DNA of 52,765 nt, from positions 1 to 52,765 of IMG/VR virus record IMGVR_UViG_3300009194_000002. One strand, given 5' to 3'. A program made the translations under genes and the position numbers. The notes beneath the pieces were generated by a model. The model searched no databases. It was not told the DNA's origin and saw nothing but the letters and a program-made list of their open reading frames with translations. Shown in pieces: positions 1 through 8,208 of the stretch. This stretch comes from a virus (Duplodnaviria > Caudoviricetes). Numbering within the stretch: the stretch's first letter is position 1; every line of letters starts with the position of its first letter.

Positions 1-31
1 ATATTATATATAGTATTATTAGTATTAGTAC
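1..31. repeat. Terminal direct overlap, identical to 52735..52765 (circular assembly junction)
   Basis: atattatatatagtattattagtattagtac is found at both ends of the window. Confidence 0.95.
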
Positions 32-200
32 TAGTAGTGATTGGTTTTGGTTGTTGGTTTAGTTTTAAAAGCTGGAAGAAAATAAAAAATATATAAAGTT
101 GCACTTCGGGGGGAGGGGGTTGTAAATTTTAGATTTTTATTTTTTAAAAAACTTCTTGTTAACCCCCCCTCCCTAAAATAATTATTATATATTTTTTCTA
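1..200. other. Origin-like element copy A, right part (continues across the junction from 52631..52765)
   Basis: AT-rich core, ttggttttggttgttggttt, then an imperfect inverted repeat AAAAAATATATAA..GGGGGGAGGGGGTT / AACCCCCCCTCCC..TTATATATTTTTT; near-identical to 27530..27833. Origin function is inferred. Confidence 0.55.
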
Positions 201-215
201 ATAAGTAAAGATTTC

Positions 216-244
216 TTGACTTCTTTATTTCTTTAGTGTATAAT
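216..244 (+). promoter_or_regulatory. SigA/sigma70-type early promoter P1
   Basis: TTGACT(216-221), 17 bp, TATAAT(239-244); nearly identical to the promoter at 1163..1191. Confidence 0.85.
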
Positions 245-268
245 TTAAGAGTAGAAAGGGTGACTAAA

Positions 269-823
269 ATGATACATAAAGAAATAGCTATTGCAGTAAA
301 GGACGATAATAACCTGGTAGTACATAGAATAAGTAAAAATACTTACTGGGTAGGTAGTACTTACGCGCTTGTAAAACTAGGGACTAAAGAATTCGAAGCT
401 TTTAAGGATCGTTACAATAATTATAAAAGTACGCCTAACATACCCGAGGATACAGAAATAGAACAGTCTGTAGGTTATGTTAACGGCGAATTTAAACCCG
501 AGGGACCTAATGTTAACTTAGTTATTCAAGAACCTAACCGCGCTGATGATCTGGAAGCTGTTAAAAGAACAAGCTTTAAATTCGGGGCCGAGGATAAAAA
601 CGTAACATTATATAGTATTAAAGGTACACTTGCAGGTTATAACTCAAAGTATGATCGGATCATAGAACAGTTTAATGAACACAAGGCTACGGATCAGTAT
701 AACCCGATCCGCTGTTATGAAGGATCAGACTTAAAAGCTGTAATAATGCCGGTCAGACTTTCCGCGCTTCCTATGGCCGCTGAATACGAAATACTGGCAC
801 AATCTAAACTACCAGGGAGGTAA
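269..823 (+). CDS. Hypothetical protein, possible beta-clamp-like fold
   Basis: ATG269 follows SD aaagggtg (the GTG236 of the ORF track lies inside the promoter); C-terminal AVIMPVRL resembles the DnaN C-terminus. Confidence 0.6.
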   Translation: MIHKEIAIAVKDDNNLVVHRISKNTYWVGSTYALVKLGTKEFEAFKDRYNNYKSTPNIPEDTEIEQSVGYVNGEFKPEGPNVNLVIQEPNRADDLEAVKRTSFKFGAEDKNVTLYSIKGTLAGYNSKYDRIIEQFNEHKATDQYNPIRCYEGSDLKAVIMPVRLSALPMAAEYEILAQSKLPGR

Positions 824-829
824 TTTAAA

Positions 830-895
830 ATGAAATGGTTAAAAGATTTTATTTTCAATTATTTAAAATATGGGGACAGTATAAAATGGAGGTAA
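830..895 (+). CDS. Small 21-aa ORF (MKWLKDFIFNYLKYGDSIKWR)
   Basis: SD gggagg upstream; fills the gap between two genes. Confidence 0.45.
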   Translation: MKWLKDFIFNYLKYGDSIKWR

Positions 896-901
896 ATTAA
901 T

Positions 902-1090
902 ATGATGAACTTAGAAACTTACAGTACTAAAGTAAGGCCTAGTACTAAGAAAAGAATTAAGGCTTTAACAGAAGCTAACGGCTACAGGGGACAGCGGGAA
1001 TTATTAGAGGATATGTTAAACGCTTATGAAGATCAAAACCCTACAGCGGCGAGTAAGGCCGATCAGTACGAAAATTTAATGGATCAGTAA
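902..1090 (+). CDS. Ribbon-helix-helix-like DNA-binding protein
   Basis: TYSTKVRPSTKKRIKAL..QRELLEDML, a strand-helix-helix pattern; SD ggaggt. Confidence 0.55.
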   Translation: MMNLETYSTKVRPSTKKRIKALTEANGYRGQRELLEDMLNAYEDQNPTAASKADQYENLMDQ

Positions 1091-1096
1091 AGATTT

Positions 1097-1124
1097 AAGG
1101 CCTGGAATTTACCAGGTCTTTTTT
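1097..1124 (+). terminator. Intrinsic terminator
   Basis: AAGGCCTGG-loop-CCAGGTCTT followed by a T-run. Confidence 0.8.
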
Positions 1125-1162
1125 CTTACTTAAATTAATTTTAAAATAAACTTAAAAACTTC

Positions 1163-1191
1163 TTGACTTCTTTACTTCTTTACTGTATAAT
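1163..1191 (+). promoter_or_regulatory. SigA/sigma70-type early promoter P2
   Basis: TTGACT(1163-1168), 17 bp, TATAAT(1186-1191). Confidence 0.85.
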
Positions 1192-1230
1192 TATTTATAG
1201 TAAGACATTACAAGAAAGGGCGGCGATAAA

Positions 1231-1452
1231 ATGATTAATGCTAAAACAGATAAAGAGAAGCAGAATTTATTAAAATCTAAAATTATAACTAAAATGATTT
1301 CTAAGGTAGAGTTTGAAGGGCGCGAGGATATGGAAGCAATTCAAAGCGAGGTAGCTAAGGAACTTAACGAACAGGCCGGCGTAGAACTAAAGAAAGCTAA
1401 TGAAGTAGTAAGGTTAGTAGTAGCCGAATTTATACAGAAGGGGGTAGCTTAA
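1231..1452 (+). CDS. Hypothetical protein
   Basis: ORF with SD aaagggcgg directly after P2. Confidence 0.7.
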   Translation: MINAKTDKEKQNLLKSKIITKMISKVEFEGREDMEAIQSEVAKELNEQAGVELKKANEVVRLVVAEFIQKGVA

Positions 1453-1635
1453 ATGTTAGAAATAGATAATACAGTAGCTTCAATAATTAGTGGCAGGGAA
1501 GGTAAAGTAGTTTTTAGAGGTTCTGGGACTTACAAAGGTCACGAAGTAGATCTAGAAGCCGACCAGGTAATCGTAGAATTTGAAGGATCAGAAAAACCGT
1601 TCCTATTTAAAGAATGTAACTTAATAAAGCTGTAG
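1453..1635 (+). CDS. Hypothetical protein, SH3/KOW-like small beta-barrel
   Basis: SD aagggggt; sequence GREGKVVF..QVIVEF..FLFKECNL. Confidence 0.6.
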   Translation: MLEIDNTVASIISGREGKVVFRGSGTYKGHEVDLEADQVIVEFEGSEKPFLFKECNLIKL

Positions 1636-1640
1636 GATAC

Positions 1641-1715
1641 AGGGCTAGGGAAGAAGGGCCGAGAAGTCCGGCCGGGATCCGGAAGGATCCTTCCGCTTAA
1701 CCTGTTACAGCAGGT
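1641..1715 (+). ncRNA. Candidate structured RNA / multi-hairpin element
   Basis: GC-rich intergenic island with hairpins GGCCG/CGGCC, GGGATCC-GGAA-GGATCCT and ACCTG/CAGGT. Confidence 0.35.
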
Positions 1716-1742
1716 ATACATTAGTAAGGGGGTGAATTTATA

Positions 1743-1940
1743 ATGGGTGACTTATACGATACTATTTCGCCGAGAAAGCGGGCCGGTATTGGTAAACAAT
1801 TCCTGGCAGATATTGAAACTGAAACGACCGACGTAGACATATTAATAGACGAGTATTGTAAAGTATATAATAATTTAGACCAGAAAATTTTAAGAAATTA
1901 TCTAAGTAATTTAGCTGATCTGGTTACTGATCCTAATTAG
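1743..1940 (+). CDS. Hypothetical protein
   Basis: ORF with SD aagggggtg. Confidence 0.7.
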   Translation: MGDLYDTISPRKRAGIGKQFLADIETETTDVDILIDEYCKVYNNLDQKILRNYLSNLADLVTDPN

Positions 1941-2033
1941 GGGTAGAAAATAGATAAAGCTAAAAAGGTTAGGTGGTTATAGAAAGAGAATTCTTAAGGC
2001 TATAGAACCTAACTAAATTAAGGGGGCGTAATT

Positions 2034-2333
2034 ATGATGAGTTTAATAAAAGGGGTACCAGACGACTTTATTAAAGACGGAAGACATAGTAGACAAGACT
2101 TCAAAAATGCAGTTAAGGCAGTAGAGAAATTCAGAGATCCTAGCTGGGAAGATCAAAGAGTAACAGGAATAGGTCCTAATGCAATTTGGCTTCGGGACGA
2201 AAAGTATAAGTACAGGTATAGTACTAATACAGGGCAGTTAAAAGGGGTAGAAATAGCAGTATCAGACAAAGCACTTGATAAGGAAATGGAAACCGGAAGG
2301 CACGTTCCAGTTACCTGGAAGAAACTAAATTAA
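2034..2333 (+). CDS. Hypothetical protein
   Basis: ORF with SD agggggcg. Confidence 0.7.
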   Translation: MMSLIKGVPDDFIKDGRHSRQDFKNAVKAVEKFRDPSWEDQRVTGIGPNAIWLRDEKYKYRYSTNTGQLKGVEIAVSDKALDKEMETGRHVPVTWKKLN

Positions 2334-2345
2334 GAGGTGTTATAA

Positions 2346-2489
2346 ATGTATACCATAATTATAGAAAGTCGACATAAAATAGCTGATTATCACGCTAAAG
2401 ACATAGACCAGGCCCTGGACCTTGTAAGTCAGATTAAAGGCGACCACGAAGATATAGACTACATTCATATAGATAAGAAAGAAGGTTAG
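2346..2489 (+). CDS. Small hypothetical protein (47 aa)
   Basis: SD gaggtg, ATG2346..TAG2489, fills the gap; below the ORF-track cutoff. Confidence 0.6.
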   Translation: MYTIIIESRHKIADYHAKDIDQALDLVSQIKGDHEDIDYIHIDKKEG

Positions 2490-2495
2490 CTTATT

Positions 2496-2777
2496 ATGAA
2501 GCTGGGTAATATAGAAACTAGAATTAAAGGCGGAAGTCGAAAGAACTTCCGCCGCTTAACTGAATGGAATGTAGAAAATAGGATCTTATACGGAATACTA
2601 TTTAGTATAGATCTTAAGCTTTCAGATTTTGCAGATAAAATAGGCGTTAGCAGTAGGACAGTAGAAGCCTGGGTATTTGAAGGTAGAGAACCAAACGACG
2701 AGAATAAAGAAAAGATCTGTAAGTTACTGGGCTACCCAGAAGAAATTTTATTTTATGATATAGAAAGGCGGGGATAG
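2496..2777 (+). CDS. XRE/Cro-C1-type helix-turn-helix regulator
   Basis: LSDFADKIGVSSRTVEAWVFEGREP..KICKLLGYPEEILF. Confidence 0.8.
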   Translation: MKLGNIETRIKGGSRKNFRRLTEWNVENRILYGILFSIDLKLSDFADKIGVSSRTVEAWVFEGREPNDENKEKICKLLGYPEEILFYDIERRG

Positions 2778-2778
2778 T

Positions 2779-2970
2779 ATGGAAGATCTTATTAAAAAGT
2801 ACGCGCAAATGAGTGACCCAGACGCCCAGGAAGCAGTAGAACTTTTACAGCTGTATAAGGACCGGCCAGCTGAACTACTTAACCACCTGGACCAGAACTT
2901 AAGCAGTAAAGTAGCAAGATCAGAAGTATTAGAACTTTTATATATGGATCTACTTACTTGTTTACAATAA
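2779..2970 (+). CDS. Hypothetical protein
   Basis: ORF coupled to the XRE gene, SD aggcgggg. Confidence 0.65.
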   Translation: MEDLIKKYAQMSDPDAQEAVELLQLYKDRPAELLNHLDQNLSSKVARSEVLELLYMDLLTCLQ

Positions 2971-3026
2971 GAAATTAGTCTGATCTATAGTTTTAACTAA
3001 TTAGCTGTGTAGAATAAGAAATTAGT
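2966..3026 (-). repeat. Inverted copy (~1.3 units) of the 47-bp repeat at 28942..29129
   Basis: Reverse complement matches 29012..29072 at 59/61 positions. Confidence 0.9.
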
Positions 3027-3136
3027 TTACATAGCTAATTAGTTTAGTTATATTTAGTATTAAAGAGTATACACAAGAAAACAAAAGTTAAAATAGGTTA
3101 ACAGTAATATATTACATTATTTAGGATAATTTTTGC

Positions 3137-3165
3137 TTGCTATTACAGAAATAAGGGTATATAAT
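3137..3165 (+). promoter_or_regulatory. SigA-type promoter of the replication operon (P3)
   Basis: TTGCTA(3137-3142), 17 bp, TATAAT(3160-3165). Confidence 0.7.
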
Positions 3166-3218
3166 ACTTAATAGTAAGATATAAGAGATAAAAACGAGAT
3201 TTAAAGGGGGTGTAGAAA

Positions 3219-3335
3219 ATGACAGCTTTAGTTATAAAAGGTAAACCAGCCGACATTGTTAGGCAGTTAGGAAGTATTGATCCGCAGGCCTGGGAAGATC
3301 ATAAGAAAAGACTACTTAAGATAAAGGGGGCGTAA
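3219..3335 (+). CDS. Small hypothetical protein (38 aa)
   Basis: SD aaagggggtg, ATG3219..TAA3335; first ORF after P3. Confidence 0.6.
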   Translation: MTALVIKGKPADIVRQLGSIDPQAWEDHKKRLLKIKGA

Positions 3336-3338
3336 TTA

Positions 3339-4925
3339 ATGGCTAATATCACTAAGGTAGAAGCCTTCGGCCTTTGGTCCCACTACGAAAGTACTTTTAA
3401 GTTTAGTCCAGGGCTTACAGTTATAACTGGACCGAACGACAGCGGGAAAAGTAGTCTTATAAGAATTATACGCTGGGTCTTTTTAGGCGAACCCCAGGGC
3501 GACGCTTTCTTATTTAAGATCAAGGACGAAAGCGGCGAAGTATCTAAAGAAACTGACGAGGGTAAAGCTGTTATATATTTAGATAACGGCGTTAAGATTA
3601 CTAAGATCCGCCGGGGAAAGAAGACCATTTATAAACATAGAGGCTTTAAGGAACCATTCGAAACTGCTACAGTACCCGAGGAAGTAAAGGACGCGTTAGG
3701 GATAAAGTATTATAGCTTCGGGGACTTTGAAGCGGCCCTTAATTTTGCCTTCCAGCTAGAACCGCCTTTTTTAATATCAGAAGCAGATAGCGCCGGCGCT
3801 AAAGTGCTGGGACAGCTGGCAGGTACAGAAGCGGTAGATCTAGCTATCGGGAAGGTAAGAAAAGATACTTACAAGGCCAGGCAAGAAAAACTACAGGCAG
3901 AAAAAGAAGTAGAAAAATGTAACTCTAAATTACTAGAGTACGAAAACTTAGATCAGCTTAAAGAACAGTTAGAAATCTGCGAAGATCTTATAGAAAGTAT
4001 AGATCAAGCGGCAGAACGTGCTGATAGGTTACAGGAATTAAATAAAAGGTTGGATAAGACAAGCTACAGACTAGAAACGTTAAATAAAGAACTGGACCGT
4101 CTGGCAGTTATCCCGACCTTAGAAAAGGACCTAAAAGATATAGAAACAGCTAACAGGCGTTACGAAACTCTTTTAGATCTTTATAAAAGGTTAGATCAAA
4201 GCCAGACTGAAATAGATCACTTAACTAAAGAACTAAAAGTCTATAAGGGTCTACCAGAAGCAAGTCAGATTGTTAATAACTTAGGTTTTATCCACAGAAA
4301 AGTAGAGTTATTAACAGACTTATCCACAGATTACGACAAAGTTATACGTAATATCCAGGAAGCCGATAAAGTATTAGAGAAAACTAAAGGTATTAATAAA
4401 GCGGCTAAGATCCTGGAAAACTTAGAAACTAACAGGAACAGACTAGAAAGATTGGAAGACATACGTTATGATTTTATAACTACTGACACTAATTTTAAGA
4501 ACTTAGAATTAGAATTATTAAGGCTTTCAGAGGTTGAAAAAGCGGATCAGATACTTAAAGACTTACTTAAGAAGCAGGAAAGATATAGTAAGCTATCCGG
4601 TCTTAAGGAAGCTTTCGGCGATACCGACGCTAACCTATTCGCGATTAATAGTAGCTTAGAAAGATTTACAAAGCTGGAAGAAGTCCAGGAAAGCGTTAAT
4701 AAGTTAGTTAGTGATTGGGATAAGCTAATGGATCTAAGAAGTCTTAAGACTAGATACAATTTAGATAAAAAGGAAGTAGACTTAATTACAGACTACTTAG
4801 AGGAAGCTAAAGAAAACGTCGAAGCCTGGGAAGAAGAACTTAATAAAGCCTGGGAAGAAACAGACGGGATCTGTCCTTTATGTGAAGAACCTATTAAAAA
4901 TATTAAAGATCATAACCACCATTAA
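3339..4925 (+). CDS. SbcC/Rad50-like ATPase, N-terminal half (Walker A, coiled coil, zinc hook)
   Basis: ITGPNDSGKSS Walker A, Q-loop-like FAFQLE, long heptad repeats, terminal CPLC. Confidence 0.85.
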   Translation: MANITKVEAFGLWSHYESTFKFSPGLTVITGPNDSGKSSLIRIIRWVFLGEPQGDAFLFKIKDESGEVSKETDEGKAVIYLDNGVKITKIRRGKKTIYKHRGFKEPFETATVPEEVKDALGIKYYSFGDFEAALNFAFQLEPPFLISEADSAGAKVLGQLAGTEAVDLAIGKVRKDTYKARQEKLQAEKEVEKCNSKLLEYENLDQLKEQLEICEDLIESIDQAAERADRLQELNKRLDKTSYRLETLNKELDRLAVIPTLEKDLKDIETANRRYETLLDLYKRLDQSQTEIDHLTKELKVYKGLPEASQIVNNLGFIHRKVELLTDLSTDYDKVIRNIQEADKVLEKTKGINKAAKILENLETNRNRLERLEDIRYDFITTDTNFKNLELELLRLSEVEKADQILKDLLKKQERYSKLSGLKEAFGDTDANLFAINSSLERFTKLEEVQESVNKLVSDWDKLMDLRSLKTRYNLDKKEVDLITDYLEEAKENVEAWEEELNKAWEETDGICPLCEEPIKNIKDHNHH

Positions 4926-4942
4926 AATGGGAGGGCGGCAAG

Positions 4943-5347
4943 TTGAAAAATAAATATAAGATACTAAAGGTACCTAATTTAGCTGTTATTTATTTACCTA
5001 AAAATGACGGCGGCAAAGCTATTACAGCGGTTGATATTGACGATCTAGTAGAAATAAATAAGTACCCGGGAAGCTGGCACTTATTCGAACACGGGCCTAC
5101 CGGTCATACTTATGTAAGGGGTTGGAACGGTTCAGATAAACCAGAACCCTTACTACATAGATATATTATGGAACCGGAAAGAGGGCAGAACACAAGCCAC
5201 GTAAATGGTAATGGCTTAGATAACAGACGTAAAAACCTGGCTAATGTGCCTATAGGTAAAACAGCCAGAGAAGAAAACAGCGTAAAGGATATACTAAGTA
5301 AGTTATCCTGGATCTACTTAAAATCATTAAATAGGGGGTTAAGTTAA
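4943..5347 (+). CDS. HNH endonuclease-like protein (possibly degenerate)
   Basis: LHRYIM..SHVNGNGLDNRRKNL matches the phage HNH motif, with S in place of the usual D. Confidence 0.75.
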   Translation: MKNKYKILKVPNLAVIYLPKNDGGKAITAVDIDDLVEINKYPGSWHLFEHGPTGHTYVRGWNGSDKPEPLLHRYIMEPERGQNTSHVNGNGLDNRRKNLANVPIGKTAREENSVKDILSKLSWIYLKSLNRGLS

Positions 5348-5583
5348 TGGAAAATGCAAAGCAGAGAATAGAAAAAGCTAAGGAAGGTCTTAAGAAGGCG
5401 GAAACAGAAAAGACCAGAAAGGAAACCGAGAAAGAGCAGGCTATTAAAAAGCGGGACGAACTGATCGAAAAAATGGAAGACGAAGGGGTAAGCCCGGAAA
5501 CTATAGGTGGCGAAATTTCAAAGCTGGAAAAAGAGATCCAGGAAGATTTAGAAAAAGTAGAAGATCTTATCCCGGAAGTTTAA
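5347..5583 (+). CDS. Small coiled-coil protein, probable part of the split SbcC complex
   Basis: Entirely heptad-like, E/K-rich; lies between the two SbcC halves. Confidence 0.65.
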   Translation: MENAKQRIEKAKEGLKKAETEKTRKETEKEQAIKKRDELIEKMEDEGVSPETIGGEISKLEKEIQEDLEKVEDLIPEV

Positions 5584-5596
5584 AGGGGGTTAATTA

Positions 5597-6334
5597 ATGC
5601 CTAGTCTTAAAGATATGTTTAAAAGCAATTCTGACAAGCAGAACCAGTCCGAAAATAGGACTAAAGGCCCTACAGGTAGTATTAGCTATAAAGGTAGCTA
5701 CCAGCTAAATAAGGCTAATCTGGACGTTAAGAAAGCCAGGGAAGAAATCAGTAAAAGAGAAGGTAAACGCGATCAGATCTTAGCTGATAAAAAAGAAGCC
5801 CTGGAAGCTAAAGAAGAAGCGCAAAAGGAACTAGCTATCTACGATAAGGCCCAGATCCTACTACAGAAAACCAGCGACTATGCTAGACAGCAGATAAAAA
5901 GTAAGATCGAAGAAATAGTAAGCCAGGCGCTTAATGTAGTTTACGGCGGAAATCACAGCTTTATAGTAGATTTAGACGTTAAAGGTAGCAGGCCGATAGC
6001 CGAATACTATTTAGACGACGGGACTACAATTACAAAGCTGGAAAAGCCAGACTACGATCGCGGCGGAGGTAAAGTAGATATTATAAGCCTGGCCTTAAGG
6101 TTAGCTGTTAACGAGATCAGAGGGGTTAAAGGTCCTATATTCTTAGACGAGGTAGGTAAACACGTAGACAATGAAGCTATAATAAACGTAGCTTACTTCT
6201 TAAAAGAATTCAGTAATAAGTTTGATAAGCAGATTATTTTAATAACCCACGAACAGGCCCTTGCAGAGATCGGCGAAGTAAGTATAGAAGTAGAAAAGAA
6301 AAACGGCGAAAGTCAAGTAGAACTGATAAGTTAA
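5597..6334 (+). CDS. SbcC/Rad50-like ATPase, C-terminal half
   Basis: Coiled coil, then RGGGK signature-like motif, IFLDE Walker B, ILITH H-loop. Confidence 0.85.
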   Translation: MPSLKDMFKSNSDKQNQSENRTKGPTGSISYKGSYQLNKANLDVKKAREEISKREGKRDQILADKKEALEAKEEAQKELAIYDKAQILLQKTSDYARQQIKSKIEEIVSQALNVVYGGNHSFIVDLDVKGSRPIAEYYLDDGTTITKLEKPDYDRGGGKVDIISLALRLAVNEIRGVKGPIFLDEVGKHVDNEAIINVAYFLKEFSNKFDKQIILITHEQALAEIGEVSIEVEKKNGESQVELIS

Positions 6335-6345
6335 GGGGTGGTTAA

Positions 6346-6579
6346 ATGATTAAAGTAGAAGATATAGACGACGTACAGATACTTAAAGTTAGTGAATTCG
6401 GCGGCGAAGAATACGCCCAGGTAGCGATAGCTTATAAAGATCTAACAGGCGAAATAGTATACCTTAACCTGGAAGCTATAAGAAAATTAGCTAACGCTTT
6501 AAGGGACTGGATCTTAGAAGTGACTACAGAAGTTATAGGTAGGTTAGCAAAAGCAGGGGACTTTATGCCGACTTCTTAA
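6346..6579 (+). CDS. Hypothetical protein
   Basis: ORF with SD aaggggtgg. Confidence 0.7.
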   Translation: MIKVEDIDDVQILKVSEFGGEEYAQVAIAYKDLTGEIVYLNLEAIRKLANALRDWILEVTTEVIGRLAKAGDFMPTS

Positions 6580-6594
6580 GAAAGGGGGTAGAAA

Positions 6595-7590
6595 ATGGTA
6601 AAGTTTTTATTCGCGGCAGATTTACACTTTAGGGGGACTAACCCCAGAAATAGAATAGATAATTATAAAGAAGCCGCTAAACTTAAACTTAAGGAAACTT
6701 TCCAGATAGCAGAGGAAAAAGCAGTAGACGCTATAATCTGGCCCGGTGACGTATTCGACAGCTTTAACGTTAGTATAGGGGTACTTTTAGAACTGGCAGA
6801 CTTTATTACCAGTAATAAACCTAAACATATACCTATATTGACTACATACGGTCAGCACGACGTCCAGGGTTATAATAAAGAAAGCCTGTATCGTACAAGC
6901 CTGGCCTTACTTGAAAGATTGATCCCGGAATTAAGATTATATACTGATCCCAGTCAGCGGGACATATTCGTAGATAATAACGGTACTAAAGTACAGCTGA
7001 CCTTTACGCCTTATAGTAGGCAAATGGACGTAGACGGCTACGGATACAGCCCAGAGGACGTGCAGGCGGGAACTTCTTATAGTATTCACGTAGCACACGG
7101 TACGTTATTAGATCACAAGCCGCCGTTTGATAAGTTTACCTTATTAAAAGACGTGCAGACAAAAGCTGATCTAGTACTTACTGGCGATTACCACCCAGGC
7201 TACGGGATCTTTAAGCGCGGCGACGGTAAAGTATTTTGTAACCCAGGAAGTCTTACCCGATTAAGCGCTACAGAAAACAGTATAAATCGTAAAATAAAGG
7301 TTGCACTTGTAGAGGTTCAAGGTTCGGAAGCTAATATAGAACTTATACAGCTGGAAAATCAAAGGCCCGGGGAAGAAGTACTGGACCGATCAAAGATAGA
7401 AGCTGAAAAAGAACGACAGTATAATATGGAAAATTTCGCGGCACTTATAGAAGCTAAGACCGGGGAAGCTGTCTTACTTGATGTAAACCAGATAGTAGAC
7501 GAAATAGCGGCCCAGGAAGGTACAGAAAAAGAAGTAGTACAGCTGGCTTTAGATAAGATCGACGAAGCCCGGGGGGAATTAAAACAATGA
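6595..7590 (+). CDS. sbcD: SbcD/Mre11-like metallophosphoesterase nuclease
   Basis: DLH, GDVFD, GQHD, AHG, GDYH and NPGS motifs. Confidence 0.9.
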   Translation: MVKFLFAADLHFRGTNPRNRIDNYKEAAKLKLKETFQIAEEKAVDAIIWPGDVFDSFNVSIGVLLELADFITSNKPKHIPILTTYGQHDVQGYNKESLYRTSLALLERLIPELRLYTDPSQRDIFVDNNGTKVQLTFTPYSRQMDVDGYGYSPEDVQAGTSYSIHVAHGTLLDHKPPFDKFTLLKDVQTKADLVLTGDYHPGYGIFKRGDGKVFCNPGSLTRLSATENSINRKIKVALVEVQGSEANIELIQLENQRPGEEVLDRSKIEAEKERQYNMENFAALIEAKTGEAVLLDVNQIVDEIAAQEGTEKEVVQLALDKIDEARGELKQ

Positions 7591-7889
7591 AAAGAGGTAA
7601 AATTCCGAACTTAGGTAAGGATAAGGTTAAAATTCCGATCATAGGGGCAAAACGTAAGAAACCGAAAAAGAAAAAGATTAAAGTCTGGACCTGCGGTAAT
7701 TGCGGGCATAAAGAGCAGATTAACCCAGACGGTCAGTTAAAAGAGTTAAACTTTAAAAAGTTTGATAATAGAACGAGTAAGATAACCTGCCCGAATTGCG
7801 GATCTTATACAATTCAGCGGCACGGTGGAAACTTTAAAGTAGGTCAGTTTTTAGTAGTTAAGGCGCACTTAAAGAAGGTGTGGTTATGA
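7587..7889 (+). CDS. Zinc-ribbon protein
   Basis: CGNCG and CPNCG pairs; basic N-terminus. Confidence 0.7.
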   Translation: MKRGKIPNLGKDKVKIPIIGAKRKKPKKKKIKVWTCGNCGHKEQINPDGQLKELNFKKFDNRTSKITCPNCGSYTIQRHGGNFKVGQFLVVKAHLKKVWL

Positions 7890-8206
7890 GTGATCTTAAG
7901 AATTCAGATAGAAAACTACAAGGTATAGTAAGTAAACCACAGTTTGATACTGACGTTTACTACCCTGGTAAGTGTATTAGTGTCAGTACTAAAGAAGAGT
8001 ATGTATACAGCGGACTTAGACATTTAGTTACAGAAGCTATTATAACAAAGTCTAACCCTTTAAAAATAGAAATACTCTATGTTTTTAAAGGTTCAAAGGA
8101 AAATTTAATAATTCCTATAGAATTTATAACTGATAAAAAGGTAGAAATCGAACCTTTAATCAGTAAGATTTTAGACGGTAATAAGAATAAAGGAGGATTT
8201 AATTAA
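7886..8206 (+). CDS. Hypothetical protein
   Basis: ATGA overlap with the upstream gene; SD aaggtgtgg. Confidence 0.7.
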   Translation: MSDLKNSDRKLQGIVSKPQFDTDVYYPGKCISVSTKEEYVYSGLRHLVTEAIITKSNPLKIEILYVFKGSKENLIIPIEFITDKKVEIEPLISKILDGNKNKGGFN

Positions 8207-8208
8207 TA

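Noticed and set aside
1-31. 31-bp end match as a physical terminal repeat
   Set aside because: Its length and position inside a low-complexity duplicated element fit an assembler k-mer overlap of a circular contig better.
108-173. G-quadruplex at the G-tracts
   Set aside because: Only two adjacent G-runs per strand; better explained as arms of an inverted repeat.
236-268. GTG start of the first ORF
   Set aside because: It lies within the promoter, upstream of the -10; ATG269 has a proper SD.
1968-2013. Imperfect hairpin GTTAGGT..TATAG / CTATA..ACCTAAC between early genes
   Set aside because: Weak, AT-rich, with a large loop and no T-run; could be chance.
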